From contig DASSND010000066.1 in NCBI GenBank assembly GCA_035688315.1, positions 4,237 to 68,236 of the forward strand: 64,000 bases of DNA, read 5' to 3'. This document shows positions 17,410 through 26,630 of this stretch, piece after piece. The stretch comes from Gaiellaceae bacterium. GTDB lineage: Bacteria > Actinomycetota > Thermoleophilia > Gaiellales > Gaiellaceae. Each line of letters opens with the position of its first letter. Within the stretch, counting starts at the first letter, position 1. Under the pieces are notes generated by a model. That model did not search any database and was not told the origin of the DNA. It saw nothing but the letters and a program-made list of their open reading frames with translations. Both the position numbers and the translations under genes were made by a program.

Positions 17410-18849
17410 ATGAGACTCGGCCTGGAGCTGCGCCGGCTCGCGCGCCACTCCGCGATCTACGGGCTGGGCGGGCTCGTCGCGCGCGTCCTCGCGACGCTGC
17501 TGCTGCCGCTGTACACGCACTACCTGACGACGGAGCAGTACGGCCGCGTCGAGGTCGTCACGGCGTCCACCGCGGTGTTCGCGATCGTGCTGCAGATGGG
17601 GATCGCGACCGCGTTCTTCCGCTTCTACTTCGACGAGAAGGAGCCGGCGGGGAGGCTGACCGTGATCCGGACGTCGTTCTGGTTCACGATGGCGACGTCG
17701 ACCCTCGGGCTCGTGCTCGGGCTCGTCTTCGCCGGGACGTTCTCCCACCTGCTCGGGCTCGGGCACGACCCCGCCCTCGTCCGCGCGGGCGCGGTCGGGC
17801 TGTGGGCGCAGACGAACTACAACCAGCTGACCGCGCTCTTCCGGGTCGAGCAGCGCTCCGTCCAGTACGCGATCGCGAGCGTCGTCAACGTCCTGGTCAC
17901 CGTGGCCGCGATGGTCGTGTTCGTGGCGGTCTTCCACTGGGGCGCGATCGGCCTCGTGGTCGGCAACTTCACCGGGACGCTCGCCGTCTACCTCGCGCTG
18001 CTCGGCTACCGGCGCGAGCAGCTCGGGCTCGAGTTCGACCGGGCGCTCTTCCGCGGCATGCAGCGGTTCGGGATGCCGCTCGTGCCGTCGGCGCTCGCGC
18101 TCTGGGCGATCACCTGGATCGACCGCGAGTTCGTCGTCTGGTACAAGGGCCAGGCGGCGGTGGGCGTCTATTCCGTCGCCGTCAAGGTCGCCTCGGTCGT
18201 CACCTTCGCGATGGTCGCGTTCCGGACGGCGTGGCCGGCGTTCGCCTATTCGATCGAGGACGACCGGGAGGCGCGGCGCACCTACTCGTTCGTCCTCACC
18301 TACCTGCTCGCCGCGGTGTCGTGGCTCGCGCTCGCGCTCGGCGCGCTCGCCCCGTGGCTCGTGCGGCTGCTCACGTCGAAGCCGGGCTACCTGCGCGCCG
18401 AGAAGGGGGTCGCGCTGCTCGCGTTCGCGTTCGCGCTCTACGCCGGCTACACGGTGCTCGCGATCGGCAGCGGCCGGGCGCGGCGCACGCAGCTGAACTG
18501 GGTCGTCACGGGAACCGGCGCGGTGGTCAACGTCGGCCTCAACGTCTGGCTCGTGCCGGCGTACGGCTTCGTGGGCGCGGCGGTCGCGACCGCGGTCTCG
18601 TACGGCGTCCTCTTCGTCGGCATGACGCTGTACGCGCAGTCGGTCTACCGGGTGCCCTACCAGTGGCGCCGCGTCGTCACCGCCGTCGCGACCGGGGTGG
18701 GGCTGACCGTGGCCGCCCGGGCGCCGCACCTGCCGCTCGCAATCTCGGTCCTGCTCGTGCTCGCGTACCCGCTCGCACTCGCGGCGCTCGGCTTCTACCT
18801 GCCCGCGGAACGGCAGCGGCTGCGCCGGCTCGTGCCCTCGCTGCGCTAG
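17410..18849 (+). CDS. Oligosaccharide/polysaccharide flippase (Wzx, MOP superfamily)
   Basis: In-frame ATG at 17410 in track ORF 17197..18849. Sequence: MRLGLELRRLARHSAIYGLGGLVARVLATLLLPLYTHYLTTEQYGRVEVV... It has about 12-14 TM helices and the typical Wzx N-terminal signature. Confidence 0.85.
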   Translation: MRLGLELRRLARHSAIYGLGGLVARVLATLLLPLYTHYLTTEQYGRVEVVTASTAVFAIVLQMGIATAFFRFYFDEKEPAGRLTVIRTSFWFTMATSTLGLVLGLVFAGTFSHLLGLGHDPALVRAGAVGLWAQTNYNQLTALFRVEQRSVQYAIASVVNVLVTVAAMVVFVAVFHWGAIGLVVGNFTGTLAVYLALLGYRREQLGLEFDRALFRGMQRFGMPLVPSALALWAITWIDREFVVWYKGQAAVGVYSVAVKVASVVTFAMVAFRTAWPAFAYSIEDDREARRTYSFVLTYLLAAVSWLALALGALAPWLVRLLTSKPGYLRAEKGVALLAFAFALYAGYTVLAIGSGRARRTQLNWVVTGTGAVVNVGLNVWLVPAYGFVGAAVATAVSYGVLFVGMTLYAQSVYRVPYQWRRVVTAVATGVGLTVAARAPHLPLAISVLLVLAYPLALAALGFYLPAERQRLRRLVPSLR

Positions 18850-19763
18850 CGGAGCGCCGTCAGCGCGGCGACGTCGTCCGCGCTCGGCTGCCATGCGCCG
18901 GCCTCGACGTTCGCACGCACCTGCTCGGGCCGCGTCGCGCCCGCGATCACCGAGACGACGGCGGGCATCGCAAGGAGGCCCCCGACCGCGACCTCGAGCA
19001 ACGAGACTCCGCGCTCGTCCGCGAACGCCTGCAGCGCGTCGACGCGGTCGAACGCCTCGTCGGTCAGCCACTCCGGCCGCTCCGCCAGCCTCCCCTCGCT
19101 CGGCTCGACGCCGCGTGTGTACTTGCCGGTGAGGAGACCGCTCCCGAGCGGGAAGTAGGGCAGCATCCCGACCCCCAGCCGCTCGCACGTCGGCAGCAGC
19201 TCGTCCTCGGCGTCGCGGTGCACGAACGAGTAGCGGTTCTGTGCGGAGACGCAGCGCGCCCAGCCCTGCTCCCCGGCGATCCGCTCCGCCTGCTCCGCCT
19301 GCTCGGGCGAGAAGTTCGAGTGGCCGACGAAGCGCACCTTCCCCTCCTCGACCAGCTCGTTCAGCGCGCCGAGCGTCTCCTCGAGCGGCGTCTCGCCGTC
19401 CGGATGGTGGTACTGGTAGAGGTCGATCGTGTCGGTGCGCAGCCGCCGGAGCGACCGCTCGACCGCCCAGCGGATCCAGGTGCGCGAGCCCCGCGGCGCG
19501 TCCGGGCCGTCCGGCATCTGGGCGCCGAACTTCGTCGCGAGGACGACCTGGTCGCGCCGGCCCTCGAGCAGCTGCCCGAGGTACTCCTCACTGAGGCCCT
19601 CGCCGTAGACGTCGGCGGTGTCGAACAGCGTCACGCCCGCGTCGAGCGCCGCGTCGACGACCGCGCGCGTCTGCTCCAGGTCGCACCGCCGGCCGAAGTT
19701 GTTGCAGCCGAGGCCGACGACCGAGACCTCGGGCCCACCGTTGCCGAGTCGTTGCGTGCGCAC
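18846..19763 (-). CDS. Aldo/keto reductase
   Basis: 305 aa. Contains GLGCNNFGRR, LFDTADVYGEGLSEEYLG, LATKFG and VGHSNF. Confidence 0.9.
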   Translation of the reverse strand: MRTQRLGNGGPEVSVVGLGCNNFGRRCDLEQTRAVVDAALDAGVTLFDTADVYGEGLSEEYLGQLLEGRRDQVVLATKFGAQMPDGPDAPRGSRTWIRWAVERSLRRLRTDTIDLYQYHHPDGETPLEETLGALNELVEEGKVRFVGHSNFSPEQAEQAERIAGEQGWARCVSAQNRYSFVHRDAEDELLPTCERLGVGMLPYFPLGSGLLTGKYTRGVEPSEGRLAERPEWLTDEAFDRVDALQAFADERGVSLLEVAVGGLLAMPAVVSVIAGATRPEQVRANVEAGAWQPSADDVAALTALR

Positions 19764-19772
19764 GGCCCGACG

Positions 19773-20243
19773 CTACTCGCTCGCCGGAAGTCTGCGCGCC
19801 ACATGTCCGCGCGCCCGCATCCGCATCACGACCTCGCCGCGCTGGTTCACGAACTCGTGCTCGCCGACGATCGTCCCGCGACGGGGATTGGTCTCCGACG
19901 GCCACGCCTCGACGACGCGACTCCGCGCGGTCAGGACGTCGCCGGGCCGCACCGGCGCGGGCCAGCGCAGCTCCTCGACGCCCGGCGAGCCCATGCCCGC
20001 GCTGTGCAGGAGCTGCGAGCGGACGAACAGGCCCATGTAGAGCGCCGCGGTGTGCCAGCCGCTCGCGATCAGGCCGCCGAACGGCCCGTGCGCCGCCCCC
20101 TCCGGGTCGACGTGGAACGGCTGCGGGTCGAACTCGCGCGCGAAGCGGAGGATGTCTTCCTCGGTCACCTCGACGGAGCCGTGCTCCGCCTCGGAGCCGA
20201 CCGGGAAGTCCTCCCAGTACCCCAACTCGTCGGTCTCGCTCAT
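19773..20243 (-). CDS. MaoC-like (R)-specific enoyl-CoA hydratase / hot-dog fold protein
   Basis: In-frame ATG at 20243 in track ORF 19773..22385. Sequence: MSETDELGYWEDFPVGSEAEHGSVEVTEEDILRFAREFDPQPFHVDPEGAAHGPFGGLIASGWHT... Confidence 0.85.
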   Translation of the reverse strand: MSETDELGYWEDFPVGSEAEHGSVEVTEEDILRFAREFDPQPFHVDPEGAAHGPFGGLIASGWHTAALYMGLFVRSQLLHSAGMGSPGVEELRWPAPVRPGDVLTARSRVVEAWPSETNPRRGTIVGEHEFVNQRGEVVMRMRARGHVARRLPASE

Positions 20244-20261
20244 GCCCCGACTCTGCCATGC

Positions 20262-20357
20262 GACGGTGGATGTCGTCGCCGCCGGCGGTGGATGTAGATG
20301 TAGCCGGCGGTGGATGTAGATGTAGATGTAGATGTAGATGTAGATGTAGATGTAGCC
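20262..20357. repeat. Composite tandem repeat: three copies of GGCGGTGGATGT followed by 0, 2 and 7 copies of the hexamer GATGTA (perfect (GATGTA)7 at 20313..20354)
   Basis: Read directly from the sequence: ...gacggtggatgtcgtcgccgccggcggtggatgtagatgtagccggcggtggatgtagatgtagatgtagatgtagatgtagatgtagatgtagccgcg. It lies in the 119-nt spacer between the helD-like stop (20363) and the MaoC start (20243). It is AT-rich relative to the surrounding DNA. Confidence 0.95.
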
Positions 20358-20362
20358 GCGAG

Positions 20363-22330
20363 TTACGAAAGTGCGTCGGGAAGCGGACGCGAGTGCACGA
20401 CGACGAGCGTGCGTGTCGGCCGGGTCAGCGCGACGTACAGCTCGCGCAATCCCTGCTCCCCGTCCTCGGCGATCGCGGCCGGCTCGACGACGACCACGTG
20501 GTCGAACTCGAGGCCCTTCGCCCGCCGCGGCGTGAGGATCGGCACCGCCAGCTCGTCGAACGCGCCCTCGGCGACGCCGCCGTCGTGGACGAGCGACCGG
20601 GGCGCGATCACGGCGAGCAGGCCGTCCAGCTCGGCGAGGTCGGTCGCCTCGCGGAGGGCGACCGGGAGCACCTCCGCCTCCTCGACGCGGACGAGCCGCG
20701 GCGGCTCGCCGCCGCGGCGGTAGGCGAGCGGCGGCTCGACGTCGGGTGCGATCCGCTCGAGGAGCGGGAGCGCGAGCGCCATGATCTCGGCCGGCACGCG
20801 GTAGGCGTGGCGCAGCTCCTCGACCGAGACCTCCGCGTCCTCGGGCAGGTACGGCTCCAGCTCCTGCCAGCGGCGGTAGACCACGGGCCCCGTGGCCTGG
20901 GCGACGTCGCCGAGGATCGTCAGCGACCCGTCCGCGGCGCGGCGGGAGATCGCGAGCAGCTGCATCGGCGAGAGATCCTGCGCCTCGTCCACGATCACGT
21001 GCCCGTATGCCCTGGGCGGGCCCTCGAGCAGCGCCCGCGCCTCGTCGAGGAGCGGCAGGTCGTGGTCGCTCCAGCGCAGGTCGGCGGCGCGCCGGGGCCG
21101 GTCGCGGAGCAGCAGCTTGCGCTCCGCGGCGTCGAGCACGCCCTCCGACGCCGCCGCGAGCGCGGCGGGCGAGGTCAACAGCCGCGCGACGAGCTTCTCG
21201 GCGCGCGGCTGCGGCAGCACACGGTCGAGCCAGCGCTGCAGGAAGCCGCCTTTGCGGAGCGCGCGTTCGACCTCGTCGAAGCTCCGCAGCGCGCGCGGGC
21301 CGAGCCGCTCCCCGTAGCGCTCGTAGAAGCGCCGCAGCACCGCCATCCGGAAGCGCTCGCGCGCGAGCGCGAGCGCGTCGCCCGCCGCGAGCGCCTGCTC
21401 GAGCAGCTCGGCGACCTCGCGCTCCTTCACGGTCACGAAGACGCCGTCGGCGTAGGAGACCAGCTCCGCCGGAGCCGGCTGCACCGCCAGCTCGACCGCG
21501 CGCGTCACCACCTCGCGCAGCCGCGGGTCGCCCTTGAGGCGCGCGACGTCGAGCGCCTCCTCGCGGCCGACCTCGATCCCGTCCAGCAGCTCCGACACGG
21601 CGCGCTGCTCGACCGCCTCCTCCCCGAGCGCGGGCAGCACGTGCGAGACGTAGTCCATGAAGGTCGGGTTCGGGCCGACGACGAGCACGCGCCGCAGGCG
21701 CTCGCGATGCGTGTAGAGGAGCCAGGAGGCGCGATGGAGCCCGACCGCGGTCTTGCCGGTGCCGGGGCCGCCCTGCACGACGAGCGTGCCCTCCGGGTCG
21801 GCCGTGATCAGGCGGTACTGGTCGGACTGGATCGTCGCGACGATGTCGCGCATGTGCGCCTCGCGGCGCCGCTCCAGCTCCTCGAGCAGGAAGTCGGAAA
21901 CGCTCGCGCCCTCGACCGCGGTGCCGTCGAGCGACTCGTCGGAGATGTCGACGATCCGCCGCCCCTCGCTCCGGTAGCGGCGGCGCTGCACCACGCCGTG
22001 CGGCGTCGCAGGGGTCGCCGTGTAGAAGGGGCGCGCGGCGGGGGCCTGCCAGTTGACGACGAGCGGCTCCTGGCTCTCGTCCGTGACCCAGCGGCGACCG
22101 ACGTAGAGCGGCCTCGGCACGGCGTCGAGCGTCAGCCGGCCGAGAACGAGCCCGCGATCGGCGTCCTCGAAGGTGCGCATGCGCCGCTTCAGCCACGCCT
22201 CCATGGTGAGCGCGGCGAACTCGGTCGCCATCGAATCCTGCACGCGCGCAAGCGTCGCGCGCATGCGCTCGAGGCACGCGTACGCGTTGTCGACGTAGGC
22301 CTGCTCGGCCGCCAGCTCGGGGTGCGCCAC
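20363..22330 (-). CDS. helD: HelD-like UvrD-superfamily ATPase (RNA-polymerase-associated HelD/HelR type)
   Basis: 655 aa. The N-terminal region [25 protein letters not shown]...[29 protein letters not shown] is a HelD-type N-domain. Walker A is [21 protein letters not shown], motif II is [14 protein letters not shown], and the C-terminus has [15 protein letters not shown]. Confidence 0.7.
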   Translation of the reverse strand: MAHPELAAEQAYVDNAYACLERMRATLARVQDSMATEFAALTMEAWLKRRMRTFEDADRGLVLGRLTLDAVPRPLYVGRRWVTDESQEPLVVNWQAPAARPFYTATPATPHGVVQRRRYRSEGRRIVDISDESLDGTAVEGASVSDFLLEELERRREAHMRDIVATIQSDQYRLITADPEGTLVVQGGPGTGKTAVGLHRASWLLYTHRERLRRVLVVGPNPTFMDYVSHVLPALGEEAVEQRAVSELLDGIEVGREEALDVARLKGDPRLREVVTRAVELAVQPAPAELVSYADGVFVTVKEREVAELLEQALAAGDALALARERFRMAVLRRFYERYGERLGPRALRSFDEVERALRKGGFLQRWLDRVLPQPRAEKLVARLLTSPAALAAASEGVLDAAERKLLLRDRPRRAADLRWSDHDLPLLDEARALLEGPPRAYGHVIVDEAQDLSPMQLLAISRRAADGSLTILGDVAQATGPVVYRRWQELEPYLPEDAEVSVEELRHAYRVPAEIMALALPLLERIAPDVEPPLAYRRGGEPPRLVRVEEAEVLPVALREATDLAELDGLLAVIAPRSLVHDGGVAEGAFDELAVPILTPRRAKGLEFDHVVVVEPAAIAEDGEQGLRELYVALTRPTRTLVVVHSRPLPDALS

Positions 22331-22368
22331 GAGCCCCTGAGCGTAGCCAGGGGTGTAGCGTCACGGCA

Positions 22369-23379
22369 ATGCAGCTCGGCCTCAATCTCGGCTACGCGCC
22401 GCCCGGGACGAACCCCGCCGAGCTGGTTCCGCTCGCGCAGGAGGCGGAGCGGCTCGGCTACCGCTCCGTCTGGGCGGCGGAGGCGTGGGGCACGGACGCG
22501 GTCACCGTCCTCGCCTGGATCGCCGCCCGCACCGAGCGGATCCGGGTCGGCTCGGCGATCCTCCAGATCCCCGGCCGCAGCCCCGCGAACGCCGCGATGA
22601 CCGCGGCGACCCTCGACCTGATGTCGGGCGGCCGCTTCGTGCTCGGGCTCGGAACCTCCGGGCCGCAGGTGGTGGAGGGCTGGCACGGCCAGGCGTGGGG
22701 GAAGCCGCTCGGGAAGACGCGCGAGTACGTCGAGATCGTCCGCAGCGCGCTCCGCCGCGAGGTCGTCGAGCACGAGGGAGAGCACTACCGGATCCCGTAC
22801 GCCGGCCCCGGCGCGACCGGGCTCGGCAAGCCGCTGAAGCTGATGCTGCGCCCGCTCCGCGCCGACATCCCGATCTACCTCGCCGCGATCGGGCCGCGCA
22901 ACGTCGCGCTCGCCGCCGAGATCGCCGACGGCTGGCTGCCGATCTTCGTCGCGCCCGAGCGCTTCGCCACCGCGTTCGGGGACAGCCTCGCCGGCGCGCG
23001 CGACGGCTTCGAGATCGCGCCCACGGTCAGCGTCCTTCTCGGCGACGACGTGCAGGCGCTGCGCGACTCGCTGAAGCCGCACCTCGCCCTCTACGTCGGC
23101 GGCATGGGCGCGAAGGGGCGCAACTTCTACAACGCGCTGATGCGCCGCTACGGCTGGGAGGCGGAGGCGGAGCGGATCCAGGAGCTGTACCTCGCCGGCC
23201 ACCAGCGCGACGCGATCGCCGCCGTCCCGGACGAGCTGGTCGACGCGGTCGCGCTCGTCGGCCCGAGGGAGCAGATCGCGGAGCGCCTCGACGCCTGGCG
23301 GGAGACGCCCGTGACCGAGCTGGTCGTCGGCACGCCGCAGCCGGAGGCGCTGCGGGTGCTCGCCGAGCTCGTGCTGTGA
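22369..23379 (+). CDS. LLM-class (luciferase-like) F420-dependent oxidoreductase
   Basis: 336 aa. Contains [63 protein letters not shown] and ADGWLPIF. Confidence 0.85.
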   Translation: MQLGLNLGYAPPGTNPAELVPLAQEAERLGYRSVWAAEAWGTDAVTVLAWIAARTERIRVGSAILQIPGRSPANAAMTAATLDLMSGGRFVLGLGTSGPQVVEGWHGQAWGKPLGKTREYVEIVRSALRREVVEHEGEHYRIPYAGPGATGLGKPLKLMLRPLRADIPIYLAAIGPRNVALAAEIADGWLPIFVAPERFATAFGDSLAGARDGFEIAPTVSVLLGDDVQALRDSLKPHLALYVGGMGAKGRNFYNALMRRYGWEAEAERIQELYLAGHQRDAIAAVPDELVDAVALVGPREQIAERLDAWRETPVTELVVGTPQPEALRVLAELVL

Positions 23380-23741
23380 GCCGGGTCCCGCGCTGGGCCC
23401 GCGTCGCGGTCGGGCTCGCCGGCGCGCTCGTCCTGCTCGTCGTGCTCAGCCTGCCGGTCGTCTTCCGCGGCGGCGGCAGCACGTGCGAGCGGACGCTCCG
23501 CTTCGCGGGCCGCGACTTCGTGGCGCGCGACGCGGACGCGGTCCAGGCGCTCGCGATCGGCACCGGAGTGGTCTCCGGCTGCGACGCCGCACCGGAGAAC
23601 GTGGACGTCCGCTCGGTGAGCGGCGTCAGCCCCGCCGTCGCGGTCGCGCTGCCGACCCAGGACGCGAGCGTCTACGTCGCGGAGGGCCGCTGCCCAGACC
23701 TGACCGGCGAGCCGCTGCTCCGCTGCCTGCGCCGCAGCTAG
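23376..23741 (+). CDS. Hypothetical membrane-anchored/secreted protein (121 aa, 4 Cys)
   Basis: The in-frame GTG overlaps the LLM stop (GTGA). Sequence: [52 protein letters not shown]...[18 protein letters not shown]. It has an N-terminal TM/signal anchor. No family recognised. Confidence 0.5.
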   Translation: MSRVPRWARVAVGLAGALVLLVVLSLPVVFRGGGSTCERTLRFAGRDFVARDADAVQALAIGTGVVSGCDAAPENVDVRSVSGVSPAVAVALPTQDASVYVAEGRCPDLTGEPLLRCLRRS

Positions 23742-24526
23742 CGCGGCGTCCAGACGTACGGCCGCGTCTCGGTGACCGCTCGGAAGCCGAGCCGCTCCAG
23801 GATCGGGCGGCTCGTCGGCAGCGCGTCCACCTCGAGCCAGCGCCGCCCGCGCGCGAGCGCGAGCCGCGCGCGGTGCGCGACGAGCGCCCGGTAGATGCCG
23901 CGGCCGCGCCAGTCGGGATGCGTCGAACCTCCCCAGAACGTCGCGAACTCGGTCCCGGCCGGGAAGCGCACCCACGCTGCCGAGACGACCGCGCCCTCCG
24001 CCTCCGCGACGACGACCGCGATCCCGTCCGGATCGGCCGCCAGCTCGCCGGAGAGCACCTCCGCGTGCCAGCGCTCGCCCTCGCCCCAGACCACGGCGGC
24101 GAGGTCGTCGATCCGCTCCAGGTCGGCGCGCTCTCGCACCTCGCGCAGGCGGACGCCCTGCGGCGGCTCGCCCGCGGGCACCGCCGCCGCCTCCGCCACG
24201 AGCACCGTCTCGAGATCCTCGGCGACGAAGCCGGCCGCGACGAGCCGCTCCTCGAGGACCGCGGGCCGGTCGTGGGAGTGGAACTTCCACTCGAACGGCA
24301 CGCCCAGCTCGGAGAAGCGCGCCACCTGCCGCGCGATCAGCTCGTCCAGCTCGGCCGCCGAGAGGTCGCCGAGGTCGCGGTACTCGACCCAGCCCTGCGG
24401 CCCGAGCCCGTAGCTGCGCACGAGCGGCCCGTCGCGCTCGACGACGAGCCCGGCCGGCAGCGGCTCCGGCACGTGCGCGCGCAGCTGCGCGTCGTAGAGG
24501 TCGCGCAGCGCCGCCGCCGCCGTCAC
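23738..24526 (-). CDS. GNAT family N-acetyltransferase
   Basis: In-frame GTG at 24526 (GTGA overlap with the PIG-L stop). The C-terminal half contains AVVSAAWVRFPAGTEFATFWGGSTHPDWRGRGIYRALVAHRARLALARG, which is the R-x-x-G-x-G/A acetyl-CoA motif. Confidence 0.8.
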   Translation of the reverse strand: MTAAAALRDLYDAQLRAHVPEPLPAGLVVERDGPLVRSYGLGPQGWVEYRDLGDLSAAELDELIARQVARFSELGVPFEWKFHSHDRPAVLEERLVAAGFVAEDLETVLVAEAAAVPAGEPPQGVRLREVRERADLERIDDLAAVVWGEGERWHAEVLSGELAADPDGIAVVVAEAEGAVVSAAWVRFPAGTEFATFWGGSTHPDWRGRGIYRALVAHRARLALARGRRWLEVDALPTSRPILERLGFRAVTETRPYVWTPR

Positions 24527-25158
24527 GCGATCACGCGGTACACCTGGAACACCTCGGCGTACTCGCGGTTCACGTTGATGCCGTGCGTGCGCGCGATGTT
24601 CCGGACGTACTCCGCGTTCGCGTAGCGCCGGTGCTGCTGCGACGCGTAGTGCTCGAGCGCGGCCACCTTCCGCTCCACGTGCTCGCGCGTGAGCGCGACG
24701 TACCACTGGTACGAGAAGTCGAAGTTGTTCCACGGGATCTCGTAGCCGAGGATCGTCGTGCGCTTGAACGCGCGCAGGCCCTCCTCGGCGATCGTCCGGT
24801 GATCCTGGTGGATGTCGTGCAGGCTCGGCTGGAAGACGACGTCCGGCTGCCACTCCTCCCAGAGCGCGACGAGCAGCTCGAGGATGTCCTGGCGCCGCTC
24901 CGGGAACGTGCGCACGTCGAAGTCGTGGACGGCGAGCGAGTCGGGCGGGATCCCCAGCTCCGCGGTCGCCTCGCGCACCTCGCGCGCGAGCGTGTCGGGC
25001 GGGAAGCCGGGCGGCAGCGAGCGCGTCGCGATCGAGAACGCGACGTAGCGGACGTCGCAGCCCGCCTCGACGAGCCGCGCCATCGTCCCGCCGCACCCGA
25101 ACTCGCCGTCGTCGGTGTGCGGCGCGAGGACGAGCGCCTTCCGCCATTGCTCGATCAC
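24523..25158 (-). CDS. PIG-L/LmbE family N-acetylglucosaminyl deacetylase
   Basis: 211 aa. Contains ALVLAPHTDDGEFGCGGTMARL (AHPDD-type zinc motif), DIHQDHRTI and a YANAEY...ARTHG tail. Confidence 0.85.
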   Translation of the reverse strand: MIEQWRKALVLAPHTDDGEFGCGGTMARLVEAGCDVRYVAFSIATRSLPPGFPPDTLAREVREATAELGIPPDSLAVHDFDVRTFPERRQDILELLVALWEEWQPDVVFQPSLHDIHQDHRTIAEEGLRAFKRTTILGYEIPWNNFDFSYQWYVALTREHVERKVAALEHYASQQHRRYANAEYVRNIARTHGINVNREYAEVFQVYRVIA

Positions 25159-26630
25159 ACGACCACCGGCTCACGATTCTCCACCGCGGGCGGCGGCTCC
25201 TGCGCCGGGAGCCGTCGCGGCGCCGCGAGCGCGAGCACGCCGAAGAGCCCCCAGGTGGTCGGATCCTCGAAGAAGTCGTTGTAGAAGAGCGAGTGGACGA
25301 AGATCGCCGCGAGCGCGAGCGCCGCCGACAGCGCGACCCGCGCGCCGAAGCCGCGGTCGAACCGCCGCGTCCCCTGCACGCCGAGCGCGACGAGCAGCCA
25401 GGCGAAGAGCAGCAGCCCGATCCCGCCGCTCTCGGCCGCCACGGTCACCGGCGTGTCGTGCGACGCCGCCCGCTTCGGCTCCTTCCCCTTCACGTGCCGG
25501 CGGTCGACCCGCTTCGCGTACGCGTGCTTGAAGCCGCCGACGCCGACGCCGATCGCCGGGTGCGCCTGCGCGATCCGGATCCCGTTCGCGACGAGGCTCG
25601 CGCGCCCGCTCGTCGCGCTGTTCAGGCCGCTCGAGGTGTGGTGGACGAGCGCGTGGCGCACGCGCGGCTCCCCGGCCGCTATCCCCGCGAGCACCGCGGC
25701 AGCCGCGACGACGGCGACGAGCGAGCGCCAGCGCCACGCGACGGCGGCGACGCCGATCACGCCGACGAGCAGCGCGGCGAAGCTCGACTGCGAGAACGAG
25801 ATCAGCAGCCCGAACCAGAGCACGACGATCCCCGCCGCCGCCGCGAGCGCGGCGCGCGGCGAGCGGCCGCGGACGACGAGCACCACCGTCGGGATCAGCG
25901 CGACGACGAGGAAGCGCCCGTACACCGACGGGTCCCAGAAGATCGAGTTGACCCGGAAGAAGGCGGCGTACGCGTTGCCGGTGATCACCTTCGGGTTCTG
26001 GAAGACGTCGCGCGTCTCGTACTGGTAGAAGCCGACCGCCGCGAACGCGAGCGCCATCGCCACCAGCTCCCCGTAGAGGATCCGCAGCCGGACGCGGCTC
26101 CACTCGAGCCGCGCGATCGCGAGCGCGAGGATCGTGAACGGGACGTAGAACGCGAGGATCTCGATCGCGCCCTCGTGGACGTCCGGGCTCCACGCGAGCG
26201 ACGCCCCCGTCCAGGCGACGAACCAGCCGAGCGGCTTCGCGACGACGCCCAGCTCCCGCGAGCGCTCGTCGCCGCGCAGCAGCTCCCAGAGCAGCAGCGC
26301 CGCCGCGCCCGCCGCGAGCGCGTAGAGCGGCACGAGCAGCTGGTGGCCGAGCAGGCCGATCCGGATCGGCAGCAGCCCGAGCGTCCCGAAGGCGACGAGC
26401 CACGGCTCCCGGCGCAACGCCCACGCGACCGCGGGCGCGAGGACGAGTCCGCCGCCGATCGTCAGCCCCAGCTCGAGCGCCTTCGCGGGCGCGAGCGAGA
26501 CCACCAGGAGCGCCGTTCCGAAGAGCGCGAACCCGAGCGCCGCGATCCGGTCGCGCCGCCCGCGCGCGATCAGCAGCACCGCGAGCGCGACGCACGCGAC
26601 CGGCCCCCCGATCCGTGCGAGGTCGCTCAC
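25155..26630 (-). CDS. O-antigen ligase/polymerase family membrane protein (Wzy_C)
   Basis: In-frame GTG at 26630 in track ORF 25155..27842 (GTGA overlap). About 11-12 TM helices, with WFGLLISFSQSSFAALLVGVIGVAAV and GVGVGGFKHAY. Confidence 0.8.
   Translation of the reverse strand: MSDLARIGGPVACVALAVLLIARGRRDRIAALGFALFGTALLVVSLAPAKALELGLTIGGGLVLAPAVAWALRREPWLVAFGTLGLLPIRIGLLGHQLLVPLYALAAGAAALLLWELLRGDERSRELGVVAKPLGWFVAWTGASLAWSPDVHEGAIEILAFYVPFTILALAIARLEWSRVRLRILYGELVAMALAFAAVGFYQYETRDVFQNPKVITGNAYAAFFRVNSIFWDPSVYGRFLVVALIPTVVLVVRGRSPRAALAAAAGIVVLWFGLLISFSQSSFAALLVGVIGVAAVAWRWRSLVAVVAAAAVLAGIAAGEPRVRHALVHHTSSGLNSATSGRASLVANGIRIAQAHPAIGVGVGGFKHAYAKRVDRRHVKGKEPKRAASHDTPVTVAAESGGIGLLLFAWLLVALGVQGTRRFDRGFGARVALSAALALAAIFVHSLFYNDFFEDPTTWGLFGVLALAAPRRLPAQEPPPAVENREPVVV

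Noticed and set aside
20291-20354. The hexamer repeat as a CRISPR array, or as coding sequence ((Tyr-Ile)7 in the 870-aa minus ORF, (Asp-Val)7 in the plus ORF 20310..20723).
   Set aside because: The units are 6 bp with no spacers, so this is not CRISPR. The flanking translations are junk, and the repeat lies between a clear TAA stop (helD-like) and a clear ATG (MaoC). I treat it as an intergenic microsatellite.
22331-22368. The inverted repeat upstream of the helD-like gene as a rifamycin-associated element (RAE).
   Set aside because: I cannot recall the RAE consensus reliably enough to claim a match. I report it only as an unclassified palindrome.
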